From: Octopus vulgaris
Taxonomy: Eukaryota
Length of the DNA: 64,000 nucleotides
Assembly (NCBI GenBank): GCA_951406725.2
Contig: OX597830.1
Coordinates: forward strand, 72,788,001 to 72,852,000
Reading direction: 5' to 3'
The notes below the pieces were generated by a model. The model worked only from the letters and a program-made list of their open reading frames with translations. It was not told the origin of the DNA and searched no databases. How positions within the stretch are numbered: the first letter of the stretch is position 1; the number at the start of each line of letters is the position of its first letter. The translations under genes and the position numbers were made by a program. Positions 26,138 through 40,556 of the stretch are shown in pieces.

Positions 26138-26685
26138 GAGTGAGAGAGCAGTTCATGCCATCAGAGTGACACTGGGGTAAAATATACGAAGCCCAGTATA
26201 CCCATCATGACTACCCGTCTGATAAGGGTACACCAGGCACATGCATCACAACCATATGTGCGCAACATGGTGATCTCATATCAAGGTAAACAGCGCATGA
26301 CCTTGCAGGTGGGGCCCAGTTAGAATTTTCTTCAGGTCGAGTAGCCCATCCCGCTCAAAAGTCCCTGAATAAGGGTTGTTTAAGGATGTTGAAAGAACCA
26401 CCCATGTTTCCAGAGGTGAATTATTCAAACCCCAAAGAATCCCTCTCAACACATGGCTATGATGCTCACCCACTACTTCTGCTCGTGGTCAGAGATGCAC
26501 ATATCGTCAGCTACTAAGGGACATGCTCAACTTGTTAAGGTCAAACAACTGACAAGCAAATCTGTGGTATTGAGCGGAATATTTGCTGTAGCCCATCTTT
26601 TATACCAAGACAAAACAATGTACATGATGACACTTCCAAACAGTTAAGATCAGAAGCCATGAGAGCCACTGCCTGGTACTGCATC
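26138..26685 (-). mobile_element. Family D repeat, second copy (inverted relative to 23362), flanked by (ATT)n
   Basis: Reverse complement of 23362-23879 with scattered substitutions and small indels. Confidence 0.9.
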
Positions 26686-27081
26686 TATTATTATTATTTT
26701 TATTATTATTATTTGGCTTTGCTTCGCTTTTTGTTTTCTTCCAGCGTTCAAGTGACATTATACCTTTAAGATTATTTTTCGTGTTAACGCCACGTTATAT
26801 GTCTTCGGTCTTTCTCTTATCCAAAGTGATTTCGCTTAGATAACATATTGAATTTTGGTGCACATTACTGTGATAATCGATTTAAAATGCCCAGCGAAAG
26901 TAACACAAAGACAAACAAGATGGCAACTTAAAATACAAATACATGCTAATCGCCACACAACAGCTGCTGCCAAAATGCATTTGGCAGCTTCGAGCAAATC
27001 GAAGAGCAATCATCGAGGTTTTCTGTAAACACGACTGCGCACAACGACACACATCTTATGTTATATAAACCCGTACATATG

Positions 27082-27301
27082 CAGTAACCCCGCGATTATC
27101 GCGTATGTTACGTTCCAAAACTCACGATAGCTGAAAATCCGCGAAGTAGAAGCAGTACTATACTGTATATTTCTTTATATTATTTTTATAATTTGTATAT
27201 ATTTATATTATTATAAATGCAAAACACCACCACAGAGGAATCGATATAAGCTAAAATAATAAACCGTGATAAGTAAAACGCGATATGGCGAGGGATTACT
27301 C
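27082..27301. mobile_element. Tigger/pogo-like MITE
   Basis: CAGTAACCCCGCGATTATCGCG ... CGCGATATGGCGAGGGATTACTC|TA imperfect TIRs; AT-rich interior. Confidence 0.7.
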
Positions 27302-27433
27302 TACAAGTACTACCCATATATATATATATATATATATATATAATGATAAATATTTTATATATATACATATATATTAAATGATAAATATTTTATATATACA
27401 TTATAGAAAGTATATATCTATTATACATATACA

Positions 27434-27985
27434 AGGCGCAGGAGTGGCTGTGTGTGGTAAGTAGCTTGCTTACCAACCACATGGTTCCGGGTTCAGTCCC
27501 ACTGCGTGGTACCTTGGGCAAGTAGTGTCTTCTACTTTAGCATCGAGCCGACCAAATCCTTGTAAGTGGATTTAAAAGGTGGTGCTCCAGCATGGCCGCA
27601 GTCAAATGACTGAAACAAGTAAAAGAGTAAAAAGAGTATATATTAAATGATAAATATTTTATATATACATTATAGAAAGTATATATCTATTATACATATA
27701 CAAGGCGCAGGAGTGGCTGTGTGTGGTAAGTAGCTTGCTTACCAACCACATGGTTCCGGGTTCAGTCCCACTGCGTGGTACCTTGGGCAAGTAGTGTCTT
27801 CTACTTTAGCATCGAGCCGACCAAATCCTTGTAAGTGGATTTGGTAGACGGAAACTGAAAGAAGTCCGCTGTATATATGTATAAATATCTGTGTGTGCGG
27901 GTGTGTGTGTTTGTCCCCACCGACATCGGTGTGTTTACGTCCCCGTAACTTAGAGGTTCGGCAAAGACCGATACTAAGCTTACAA
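27434..27985 (+). mobile_element. Two SINE-A heads within a local 269-bp-period duplication
   Basis: ggcgcaggagtggctgtgtgtggtaag at ~27435 and ~27704 with identical upstream flank; first copy lacks the body, second lacks the tail. Confidence 0.9.
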
Positions 27986-28216
27986 CGTTGATCACGGTAT
28001 GTGTGTGTATGTGTGCATGATCTTCAAATAGGCAAGATAATATCAGTCGTCAACTCAAGCTTTGCTTTAGGCACATACACTTTGTGTGTGATTGCATGTA
28101 TGCACGAACGTACGTATGTATGTATAAGTATATATCTAATTGTATATACATATATGTGTGTGTATGCATATATAAACTTCTATCTATGTATATGTGTCTG
28201 TTTGTATGTATATGTA

Positions 28217-28287
<71 letters not shown>

Positions 28288-28431
28288 GTGTTCGTGTGCG
28301 TATGTGTGTGCACATGTTATAATATATACTATATATATTATACATGTGTAATATATGATATATGACATATATATATATGTATATGTATGCATGTTTCTAT
28401 GTATATATATATATATATACATAGAAACATA

Positions 28432-28521
<90 letters not shown>

Positions 28522-29096
28522 TACATACATACATACATAGAGAGAGAGGAGTGTGAGAGTGAGATAGCATAGAGATATGCATTTCCTCTTCTTACCATTA
28601 TTTATCAATTAACCTGTTTTCCATCCAATGACTAGTTTATGGTTATAAGTACCATGTGTTATATATCATGAGCCAATTGTACGGCATATTCGATAATACG
28701 AGTAGCAAAAATATTTTATCTCACCACTAAATTAAGTGAGTGTGTTTGTGTGTACGAATATACCCATCTGTGTATTTGTATGTGTGTGTATGTGTTTGTG
28801 TGTTTGTGTATGTATATCTGTATAAAGCAAGTTATTAGAGAGGGATTATCAAAGTGGGATTAGACTTTATAAGCTCTCTGTTACTGCATCAGGCTAACAA
28901 TATTGTTTACATTAGTAGAACACTTCGCGTATACTTCCGTAAGATTATATTTCATCGCCATTCTAGCAATAAATACGTGGTTGTGCTCTGAGGAATGTAG
29001 AATGGCTACAGGAAACAGCCGTAAGTCAAAATTTGTTGCAATAAGAAAAATATACATGTACATAAGTATGTGTGTATGTATATATATATATATATT

Positions 29097-29211
29097 AGGA
29101 GAGTTTACGAAAAAACAAAAGACGAAGACAGGTGGTGTACAAAACAAGCAAATGTATTAGTATAGCGCTCAGGAATAGGAAAAGTCTTTTACGTTTCGAG
29201 CCTATGCTTCC
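29097..29211 (-). mobile_element. 5'-truncated copy of the hammerhead-bearing Penelope-like terminal repeat
   Basis: Minus: agcataggctc-GAAAC-GTA-aaagac...cctgagcg...cacctgtcttcgtcttttgttttttcgtaaactctcc; CUGA box lost. Confidence 0.75.
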
Positions 29212-29294
29212 GGTGCGAATGGTTTTGTTATACGGTGCCGTATTTTGCAATCCTGCAAATAATAATAATGACATTTTTTTTCTATAAGCTTAAA

Positions 29295-29435
29295 GCGATC
29301 ACCGTGCAATGACTAAGGAAAATATTCTAACAACGGGGCATATAAGCCCTCGACAGAAAAAAAGAAGGCGTTCCTATCCGCGTGGGACATGCCCCGTTAT
29401 TAGACTATTTTCTTTAGTCATTGCACGGTGATCGC
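29295..29435. mobile_element. Hairpin/MITE-like element with ~47-bp inverted arms
   Basis: gcgatcaccgtgcaatgactaaggaaaatattctaacaacggggcat vs atgccccgttattagactattttctttagtcattgcacggtgatcgc. Confidence 0.75.
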
Positions 29436-29595
29436 CATAAGTCTTAGTGACATGCTTTAACAAACGGTAAAAATGTACTTCAATCCCTGTGATATTCCAG
29501 CATACTAGACATCAACTAGAAATTTCTGAGGGCCGATATTATTGCTATATAATGTTTGAACGTAGACTATGTCGAATATAATCTGATCTTTGATC

Positions 29596-29667
29596 AGTGT
29601 GGGACCTGGGTATCGACATGAGTGATGATACCTCTTTTCAAGTGCACACTATCAGGATGGCGATAGG
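29596..29667 (+). mobile_element. Short internal fragment of the CR1-like LINE (end of RT)
   Basis: DLGIDMSDDTSFQVHTIRMAI; nucleotides match 11697-11742. Confidence 0.75.
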
Positions 29668-31981
29668 CCTTAGTTTTTAGTCCTGTTGTGTTTTTAGTAA
29701 CCGTTCTCTCTAGGCAAGCCTAGTAGAGGGGCAGATTAATCGTCAACGACCCGACCATGCAACATGTTTTACTGCAGTTCTTGTAATCAGAAGTACTCAT
29801 AACAGACCTCCCAGATGATCTGGAATATATATATATAGTCAATCATATATATATATATACATATATCTGTGTGTGTATGTGTGTATGTATGTACACATAC
29901 ACATGCGCATATAGCATGAGATTTTGTAAGTGCAAAGTGGGCGCATGAAGATACATGAGTGTGCATGGACATGCTGACTATTGCGAGCTATGTGTGCATT
30001 TGAAAACTTAAATTACATATAAAACCGATAGATATCTCGACTAAAGAAAATACTGAAATTTAAAATTTATTTGACCCCCCCCCCACGCACACATATATTG
30101 AGAAAACAAATAACAAATGAAAATTGATATAAAGAAAAAAAGAAACTATATAAATTGGATGAAATTTAACGTTTTGCGAGTTTATTCTTTTGCCTTACCG
30201 TATGCAAAACACAACTTTAGTGTTTGTATGTTTGTATCATTTTATAAAATAATATACTGGTTTGCTGCTTACACTTTTCTTTCTCCTTGCCAACACGCTC
30301 AAAAGGCTGCGAGTTTTCATGCCCATCTAAGACACACAGCCTCTTGAACGTGTTTCTTGGCTTAATAATTCCTTTTTCTTTTCATCTTCATATCTACATC
30401 CATCATTGTCTACTTGCCATTGACAGAAATGTCCCCAAATTGAAATATTTTGGTTTGCCACTCTGCTTATGGGGTTTCCGTTCCTCAACAGTGTTTTTCC
30501 CTTTCGAAAAAATCTGTTTACCTTACATTGACTTCAATTGCATTACCATTTTCAACACTATCACCTCAGAGCCAAGTTCGTTTTCTAAATCTGTCTAGCT
30601 TTATTTTTCGGAAGTTTTCGTTGTTCTCATCTCAAGTCTCATTTTAATCTATCAATATTTTAAAACTGCTTCAGTGAAACTGAAGGTCAGCGTATTTATG
30701 AATTTCATATTTCATGAAAGAAATTCTCTTGCAATTACGATCACCATTACAGACTACAAAAAGATTGTGCTTTTTCACACATTCTTGCGCATTTGTTTTG
30801 TGTTATATAGAAATTCGACAGGTTAGTGGGTCGGCAAATTCGACAAAGCTTTGGACGAAATGGGAAGCAGTAATTCTCAACGATGTTTCAAAACTTTGAA
30901 TTCAGATCTTGCCGAGCGGAACTTTGTTTTTCATCCTTCCTGTGTTCATGACACAAAATACTTGTCAACGCAAGTAATACAAGGTCAACTGTTGCTCACT
31001 GTCTCAAAACTTCAGATCTCGAACTTAAAATAAATACCCTTACTTAAGAAATTCGGTGATGAAACAAGCCATTGTCTTTGCTTAAAATAAAACGTAGTGA
31101 GATGTAAATAGTTAAAAAAGATATTTTACTCTCTCCTTTCTTGATCATCAACTCGACGAATGGTTACTGCCTTAATAGGCACCATATGCTTGCCATGGAA
31201 CATTCATAAGATAATACAAGGGTGGGAAGTCTCATTATTCATGTTCCGGGTGTTTCACTTTTTTTAGATATGAGCTTGTCGACTATTTGAAAGAAAATTA
31301 ACCACACTTTCGTATAACAAAAATACAGAATGAAAGAATAGAAAAGAAAAGAGAAATGAGAAAACCCGGAATAATTCCCCAAACCATTTCACAAATGCTC
31401 CAACAAATAATTTCTTCGAACCACCGCTCAAGATTAGTGTTATATTTTATTAACGTTGGTCAAATAAAAAAACAAAATTAAAAGGGCCACAACTAGATAT
31501 TTCATTCATTTTAATTTGTTGTTATTTGCTTGCCACTTCTACGAAGTCATCATCGTCCTCCTGTGCTTACGTTTCTTTTCACAGTCCTTTTATACTTCTT
31601 TCCTTATTCCTTCATTCTTTATATCTTTCTCCCTTTCATTTATTAATTCTTTTCTTCTGTTGCTATTTGGTAATCCATCTGAAGTTTATAAAATGAATTC
31701 AGTAAGTTACATGTGTAAGTAATTGCTGGATAACGTGAAGATAACACATACTGCCAACTGTTTCTGTGGAGATATTTGGGCTTCCATCATCTTCTCTACT
31801 TTTAGACATTTTTAGACCACACACTATACTTCGAAAATGTCCTTCACCTAGTTTTCTTTTTCGTTTTTTTCCCCCTTACTGATGTAAGAGATAAATGAAA
31901 ATTTTAGATGAGTGAGGGAAGCTTGAGATGTCAGAGTAAGCTCACATCTTAACATCTATCTATCCGACTTCTTTCTATCAA

Positions 31982-32131
<150 letters not shown>

Positions 32132-32760
32132 ATATTATTATTATTATTACTTGAGGGAATATAAATCCAAACTTACAGGGAAAAAATTCAATTTAGAAAT
32201 ACTAAATCAAATTTCACACTATATGATACATATATAATAAAATTAGAAAAAAAACACCTTTTATCCATTCAAAATGAACAATTAAATTACACCATCCAGA
32301 AAATTACATATATTAGAAATTTTAAAATTAAAATAACAATAAAATGTCAATGATTAAGTAAATTGCAAAAATATAATAAAAACGTATATAATTGGTAGAA
32401 TATATATACACACACTTACATGCAGACATGCATACATACATTTACGATTGGATGCTGATACAGAAATATTAGTTAAGTATGATTTAATTCAACATATTTC
32501 CCTCTCAGATTCACACTCATTGCAGAGGTGCTTGAGCTTCTCTAAGCCCTGTAAAAGAACTCGTAAAGTTGGCCTCCAAACAGGCCCTTCGCGAGGATTT
32601 CCAGGAACCTTTTCAGCACCCCTCATATACATATATCTGTGTGTGTGTGTGTGTGTGTGTGTATTTGTGTACGTGCGCGTTCGTTTTTGTGCGTGTGTAT
32701 CTGTGTGTGTGTGTGTGTGTGTGTATACACACATACACAAGCACACGCACGCTAACACAT

Positions 32761-33086
32761 GCCTGGACTCTCCGACGGTCACGATCAGGTGTGTTCCAGT
32801 TGACTTTTATCTGTGAAACAGCCTGCTCGTGGAATCAACGTGAAAGTAACTGAATACTCCACGGACACGCCCCGCCACCCAGTGTAGATCTCAAGAAAAT
32901 CGAGCGTGACATATCGATTATGGCAAAGCTGGTTCATTCAACAACAGGTACACTTCATTTCTGCCAGCTGAGTGGACTGGAGTAATGTAAAATAAAGTGT
33001 CTTGCTCAAGAATGCAACACGCTGCTGGAAATTGAACTCACGGCCTTACGATCGTGAAATGAAGACACTAACCCACGTGCCTGCGC
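32761..33086 (-). mobile_element. SINE family C, near full length, diverged
   Basis: Minus: gggttagtgtc...gtgagttcaatttcc...ttcttgagcaagacactttattttacattactccagtccactcagctggcagaaatg...gatcgtgaccgtcggagag. Confidence 0.75.
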
Positions 33087-33215
33087 TCGTATATAAATAT
33101 ATAACACATTATATATGTATTTATATTTTACACAAACAAGCACAAACAATTTATACATTCTTGAGCCACAGAAAACCTGCCAGCCAATAAATGAATAAAT
33201 ATATAAGTAAATAAT

Positions 33216-33273
<58 letters not shown>

Positions 33274-33654
33274 TATACATATATATACATAGATAAATAA
33301 ATAAATATATGAATACGTACATAAAATAACAACACATTTGGTAATATATTACCAGGCTACTTAGTGTCTGATAAAAGAGTAATTACTTGGTCACTGGTGA
33401 ATCAGAGGTCATCTGGGAGTAAACAAAAATCAACTTTTTTTAATTATTATTCATAGCATTTTAATCTTTAAATGTCGAACTATCATTTTCCTTTTACTGT
33501 TTGCGATTAAAATGAGGCTCAATTTTTCGTCGAACTGTTAACCAATCAGCTTCACTTGTACTTTAATTTTAGATATACAAATAACATTTCTGTATGACGT
33601 TTGCTTAAAAACTAAAGAGGGATCTCTTTTCCTGTAGACACTCAAGCGGCAACA

Positions 33655-33900
33655 ATGGGAAGCCAAGTAGCTCTTAGACTACTGACGATTCCTGATTCAG
33701 TCCCACTGTGTGATACCTTGGGCAATTGTCCTCTACTGTAGCTTTGGGCTAACTAACGTCACATGAGCTAAGTTGATAGAGAGAAAGAGAAAGAAGTGTG
33801 TGCGTTTTTGTGTTTGAATTTGTCCCCTACCACTGATTGAGGGGCTTTGTTGGCTTTTTAAATCCTTGTAACTTATCGGTTCGTTAGAAGATAAAAGAAA
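33655..33900 (+). mobile_element. Degenerate SINE-A copy
   Basis: gattcagtcccactgtgtgataccttgggcaattgtcctctactgtagc...tccttgtaacttatcggttcg. Confidence 0.7.
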
Positions 33901-34057
33901 AAAAATTACTTTGATAAGTCCGGAAAAGATATAGAGAACAGTGTTCTAGATACCATTAAAAGAGATGGCCATGGCTAGAGTACCTTTCGTCATAGGTCTA
34001 CTCGATCAGGATTGTCCTAGTGCCCAAGAACAATAACACGAACAACAACAATAATAT

Positions 34058-34250
34058 TGGTTTTAGATTTTGGCACAAGACAAACAATTTCGTGGCAGGG
34101 GTAAATCGATTACACCGACCTCCAGTGTTCAGCTGGTACTTATTTTATCGACCCCGATAGGATGAAAGGCAAAGTTAACCTCGGTGGAATTTGAAACTTC
34201 GCTATCCTTTTTACCCGGTGTGCTAACGATTTTGACACCTCGCCACATTA
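34058..34250 (-). mobile_element. SINE family B, type-2 tail
   Basis: ctggtacttattttatcgaccccgataggatgaaaggcaaagttaacctcggtggaatttgaa. Confidence 0.85.
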
Positions 34251-35577
34251 GCAACGACATTTATATTGACTACAATCGACAGCAACAATAATAAATTTCG
34301 CTTATGTCAATGTGTTGCAGTAGAAAGCATTAAATAAATTAATACATTCAGTGTCTTTGTTGTTTTTAAGCATCGCCTCACGTACTGGAATGCTTAGAGA
34401 GACAAAGTAAATATAATATCAATAATTATAGTGCCTGGGATTGCTTTTCAGCATTTAATTATAGAGCTATATGATTAAAGGTTGAAACGCTCTACGTATC
34501 ATAGGACATTTAATGGCAAGAATGAAAAAATATATCTATGTGCCAGTTTCATCATTCTAGGGTGTCATGACAACCCAGCTTGTAAATGACTAAAATAGAT
34601 GCTCATTGGATTAGGTTGGGTTAACGTGTGAAGTTTAATCTCCGATATATATGTTTCGTATTTCTGTAAAACGAAATTCGTAGTTGTGGTAACTGTATAG
34701 CTCTTCTTCGGTACAACGTTGTCGCCTCTAAGCTGCAAATATAATCTAGGCTGCTGGTATCTTAGCATCCGTTATATAGCTGGATCTTTGTGTAAACGAA
34801 CTTAATTCTACTTATTCTTAGCTAGTTAAGCGAACTGGAATATAGATGACAGTCCGTACAGTAAATTTAGTATGGGATTAAGTGATAGATAGACATCGGT
34901 TTTTACGCGGCAGCAAGAGAGTTGTTTATCTTTAATCGGATATTATGTCCCGCATCACATATGATGATCTGCGTTATGAATCATCATTAGACTTCTTGTA
35001 TTTTTATTGAACACGGAGAAAAGAGAGAAAAAGAGAGAGAAAGAGTGAGAAAGAAAGAGATAGGAGTAGACAGATAGACGAACAGGGAAAAAGAGAGAAG
35101 GAAAGAGAGAAAAGCGAGAAATAACAATACCCTTACTTAGACATAATTTCAATTTGTAATCATGAAGTACTATCTGAAAGTAGATTCCTTATATTTTCCT
35201 GTGCCAAATTCTCCTTATCCCAGCGTATCTCCGTGTGTTCCTTATTTCTCTTAAACTTGTTGGAACCGAAGTACAAGGTTTTGATTGACAGCATGGGGAG
35301 TGGAGAGGGATAAAACATGGCCACATCGGTTGATTGTCAGACTATTATTTTGCTGTAATTGATTACCGCCCGTTATGATTTGATTTCAAATCCTTCCTAC
35401 TTCTATTTTGCCATTTAACATTCGGAGATCGATAACTTAAATATCTCTAGATGTAATTCGATAAGGATACATCATACGGAATTTTATTTGTGGAATACTG
35501 TAATTGTAGTTTTCTGGAAACTGTTAACAGTTGTAGTATAAGTACGTAAACTGTACTGATTGTATTATCGCATGTAA

Positions 35578-35843
35578 CAGTGATCCTCAACCATTTTCGC
35601 ACCGCGGACGGATTTCATGCAGGATAATTCTTCCTCGGACAGAGCGACCACAAGCATTACAGAACACAATAAAGAGTATAATATATATAATAGATTTCTA
35701 ATGCAACGGCAGCTTGGAGATTGCGATAGGCCATAAAAAGGCAATACAATTTTAAAATTTATACTTTCTGTGGGGTTTGATACCAAATGGTCTTCGGACT
35801 GGTACTGGTACTGGTCTGCCGCCCTGTGGCTGCTGAGCACAGG
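35578..35843. mobile_element. hAT/Charlie-like MITE, degenerate
   Basis: Left end cagtgatcctcaacc...cgcggac; right end actggtactggtctgccgccctgtggctg, resembling CAGGGGTCCCCAACC...GGTACCGGTCCGCGGCCC..GGTTGGGGACC termini. Confidence 0.55.
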
Positions 35844-36368
35844 TCTATAACAGGGAAATATATTGCAGGCCCCTGGTGTCTTCGCAATGGTTATACAGGT
35901 GGATTGTCATTTTACTTCGATCCATAGATTTTTATTGAAAGACATTCAAACTGTGATCAACTCCTTATTGAAATGAAATTTATTCTATGATATTTCGTTC
36001 GGTAAGAATGCTAGGATGGTAGCTCATAGAGTGAGTAGGAAAAGAGAAAAAAAAAAACGAACAAGAAGGATATAAACATAGTTTCTAATTACGTTTCGGG
36101 CGAATAGGGACAGATTTTCGACATTTAAAAAAATGATAGGCTTTATAGTTTCTAGAGCCGTGCATTATATTCTAAAAAAGTGGTGTTCATGAATGACTAA
36201 AGCCTAAAAGATGAAACCAATACTTGAGTAAATGAATGTTTAAATAACATTTAAGCATTATTATCTATTGGATAGATTTCCATTCAAATAGTAAAATAAA
36301 GGTTATTGAAATAGATACAAACAACTAAACACATATATACATGATATACATGCATATACATGCGTGAG

Positions 36369-36427
<59 letters not shown>

Positions 36428-36448
36428 GATGGATAGGTAGATAGACAG

Positions 36449-36479
<31 letters not shown>

Positions 36480-36496
36480 CAGGCAGACAGACAGAC

Positions 36497-36551
<55 letters not shown>

Positions 36552-37072
36552 TAGACAGACAGACAGATAGATGGAAATATATATACATATAAAAGTAAAG
36601 TAGCATTATGACATTTTCATCGCTTCAGGTATTTAATACATATTATGAAAAAAATTATGAAATACAGCTAAAAATTTATAGAAATTTTAATCAGAGGTAA
36701 AATGCTAAAACATTCCTTACTCAGGAATGAAATGAAGAAATTCATAAACTACAGAAAAAAAAAAAAAAAAAAAGAAAGTTCTAGTTACAAAGAAGAGAAA
36801 AATAAAACAGAATGCAGATAATTCGCCTCGCTTCAAAATTTTAATACATTTACATAAAAATCGGTGACACATTGAAAATAGAAAAATTAATGTGTTATTC
36901 ATGAAGACGTTTTATTCTTCATTATTTAGTCTTTTTTACGAATCAAAGACTTACATCATGACGCGTCTAAAAGAATATTTTTCAAATGCCTCAATTAAAA
37001 CAAACAACTCCAAATTTCCATTGAACTTCAACTGATAAGAAATATGCTATCTCCCTCTCCGAAATTATATCA

Positions 37073-37194
<122 letters not shown>

Positions 37195-37201
37195 ATAAAA
37201 A

Positions 37202-37259
<58 letters not shown>

Positions 37260-37281
37260 TATATATATATATATACATATG

Positions 37282-37318
<37 letters not shown>

Positions 37319-37523
37319 TAGATATATACATATATAGATATATACATAAATATAAATACATATATACATATGTATATATATATATATATACACGCGAACG
37401 CACACATGCACATAGATGTGTGTATATGCATGGATGCATGTATGTGTGTGTGTCTCTCTCTATGCATAAATGCACACATACCTGCACCCACATGCATATT
37501 GACATATCAACTCTCTCCTCTCC

Positions 37524-37563
<40 letters not shown>

Positions 37564-37957
37564 GTTTCCCTGTCTCATACACATCGAGATTAGTTCCAGA
37601 AAACTTGCTTTTCCATGAAAATATTTGTAAATGTGTATTCCTGTTGCTAGTCAGTCGAACTAATATTTTTGAACTTTCGGATTAATTTCTCCAATTAAAT
37701 AGTCTGCAACAGTCTGCAATTGTTCTTCTTGCATCTTATATCGGTTCAGACTCAACAGTGCTATCATGATGGGCTATATCATCGTCTCTCCTAATTTTCA
37801 AGTCCATGCAGTGCAATTTCAAATAGATTTTGACTGCTATTTCTAGCTAGCAATTTGCAGCCTTCAGCAGTTGACTCTATATACGTTTGTATGACGAGAA
37901 TATAATCATAAAATGGTATTTATCTCAAGATAATTGCAGGAAGCCATCGTCATCGTT

Positions 37958-37958
37958 T

Positions 37959-38016
<58 letters not shown>

Positions 38017-38017
38017 G

Positions 38018-38049
<32 letters not shown>

Positions 38050-38643
38050 ACTAATGTTGCTGATGATGATGATGATAATGCTTCGTAAATTTAATTTGTC
38101 ATCATCGTTATCATTATCGTGGTCGACGACGTCGTCATCGTCATAGCCATGTCATTGTGATTTTGGTCGTCGCCTTCGTCATCATGACCTTCCCCCTCCA
38201 CCTCCTCTTCATCTTGATCAGCATCATCATCGTCATCGACATCTTTCTCGTCGTCGCCTTCGCTTCCATCATCATCATCCTCAGCAACATCATCATCATC
38301 ACCATCATCATCATCACCACAACCATCATCATCATCATCACTACCATCATCATCATCATCACCACAACCATCATCATCATCATCATCACTACCATCATCA
38401 TCATCATCATCATCATCATCGTCATCACCACCACCATCATCATCGTCATCACCACCACCATCATCGTCATCACCACCACCATCATCATCATCGTCATCAC
38501 CAGCACCACCATCATCATCATCGTCATCACCAGCACCACCATCATCATCGTCATCACCACCACCATCACCATTATCAACATCGACATCAACAACATCATC
38601 GTCATCACCCCCTCCACCACCACCATCATCATCATCATCATCA
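37958..38643. repeat. Compound trinucleotide field (CTA)n-(CTG)n-(ATG)n then (CAT/CAC/CGT)n
   Basis: Directly visible; source of poly-L/I/M ORFs. Confidence 0.9.
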
Positions 38644-39892
38644 CTCTACTCGTTCCCAGTCAATGTTCTTTAAGCTGCTGTTTCCTGAATAATGTAAATC
38701 GGATATCGACAAAAGATGTGAATGTTGTCCATTCTATCTTCATAAGGAACTTTCTCAAGTTCTTCCAAAAACCGTAAACACCCTAACTCTCTAAATGTTC
38801 CATAGAACAATTGATTTGGGAATTAATCAAATACGAAGAATACACAAGAAAAACACATATACACACTCACGCAAACTCCACAAAACATCGCACATTTGCG
38901 CATGCGTATACGTGCGTGTATACATATGCATTTTCTTTTATTATATATTTTGTATATATATATATGTAAGTACACTTACACAAAAATTTTGTGCATATGT
39001 ATATATGTATGCTTATAGATATATACATGCGTGGGTGCGTACACAGGTATTTGTATATAGATCCTAAATATACATGTCTGTATGAAAATATATATTATTT
39101 ATATATGTATAAAATATTATACATAATATATACATATGTATATGTATGTGTGTGCATGTGTGTTTTATGTGTATATATATAAATATGTGTGTATATATAT
39201 AAATTTATACGCAAATGCACAAAGACTGAAACGCGTACGCAATTATTAAAATTGTGCAGAATAGAAATTGTTTTTAATGTTATGAAAATATTTGTTTGCT
39301 TTTCTCAGAGTAATAAAGCTAGCGATATAAATTCCAATAAACTTTCTATCATGAAAAAAAAGTGGAACGCATACATACATTTATACATACATACATACAT
39401 ACATACATACAAAAATATATGCATACATACATACATACATACATACATACGTACATGAACACATTCACAAACTCATATATATTTATATATATTTACGTAT
39501 ATATATTTATAGATTACACACACACAACTCACACACACATATATATATATACATAAATATGTAGAAGTATATATATGTGTGTGTGTATTTTCTCCAAAGT
39601 TAATTCATATCTACTAAACACCATTTAAACACTGCAAATACTAAATAAAATGAGAAAATGAGTGAATCTAAATTACAGTCTAGCATTGTAATCTGCCATA
39701 TCTTCATCTTTATTCTTTCCACGACGAAAATTATTAATATGTTAAAAATAAGTAAAGAAAAACGCTGTATTACTCAATAAACGAAGCTCGGAACTTGAGT
39801 ATGATTGCTCAACTGGCTACAGATTGCAGCTAAATATCTTTGGATTCACGCAGTGAATTCAAACATATTTCTCAGGAAAGTACTATTGTACC

Positions 39893-40092
39893 CTTTTACT
39901 CTTTCCCTTGTTTCAGTCATTTAACTGTGGCCATGCTAGAGCACCGCCTTTAGTCGAACAAATCGACACCAGGACTTATTCTTTGTAAGCCTGGTGCTTA
40001 TTCTAGCGGTCACTTTTGCCGAACCGCTAAGTTACGGGGATGTAAACACACCAGCATCGGTTGTCAAGCCATGTTGGGGGGAGGGACAAACA

Positions 40093-40155
<63 letters not shown>

Positions 40156-40333
40156 ACCCACACATATATATATATATATATATATACGACGGGCCTCTTT
40201 CAGTTTCCGTCTACCAAATCCACTCACAAGGCTTTGGTCGGACCGATGCTATAGTAGAATACACTTGCCCAAGATGCTACTCAGCGGGACTGAACCCGGA
40301 ACCATGTAGTTCATAAGCAGCCACTCCTGCGCC
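39893..40333 (-). mobile_element. SINE family A, near full length
   Basis: cttgtttcagtcattt...gaaccgctaagttacggggatg...(CA)n(TA)n...cagtttccgtctaccaaatccactcacaagg...ccactcctgcgcc. Confidence 0.95.
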
Positions 40334-40556
40334 TATGTCCACGATTTGATCTTATAAATATCAAATTGTGCATACTCTGAAATATGCTACAAATAAAATC
40401 GAAGACTAATGGCTACTGACAAATGGCTACTTATAGGAAGTCTTTGACCATAATCTTGCTCTATCTGAAATGTTGAGAGTCTAAATAACAGTATGGTTGC
40501 AATACATGGTTTCGTATTAATTTGCTTAGTAAGAGCAATAACACATATAAATATAT

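Noticed and set aside
27435-27510. tRNA gene candidates at SINE heads
   Set aside because: A/B-box-like motifs are present, but there is no complete cloverleaf and each continues into a SINE body
34563-34851. Possible solo LTR (tgtcat...atgaca)
   Set aside because: Flanks taggg/gtccg give no target-site duplication, and there is no second copy
39228-39237. GAAACGCGTA hammerhead 3' half
   Set aside because: No upstream CTGANGA box or stems; insufficient on its own
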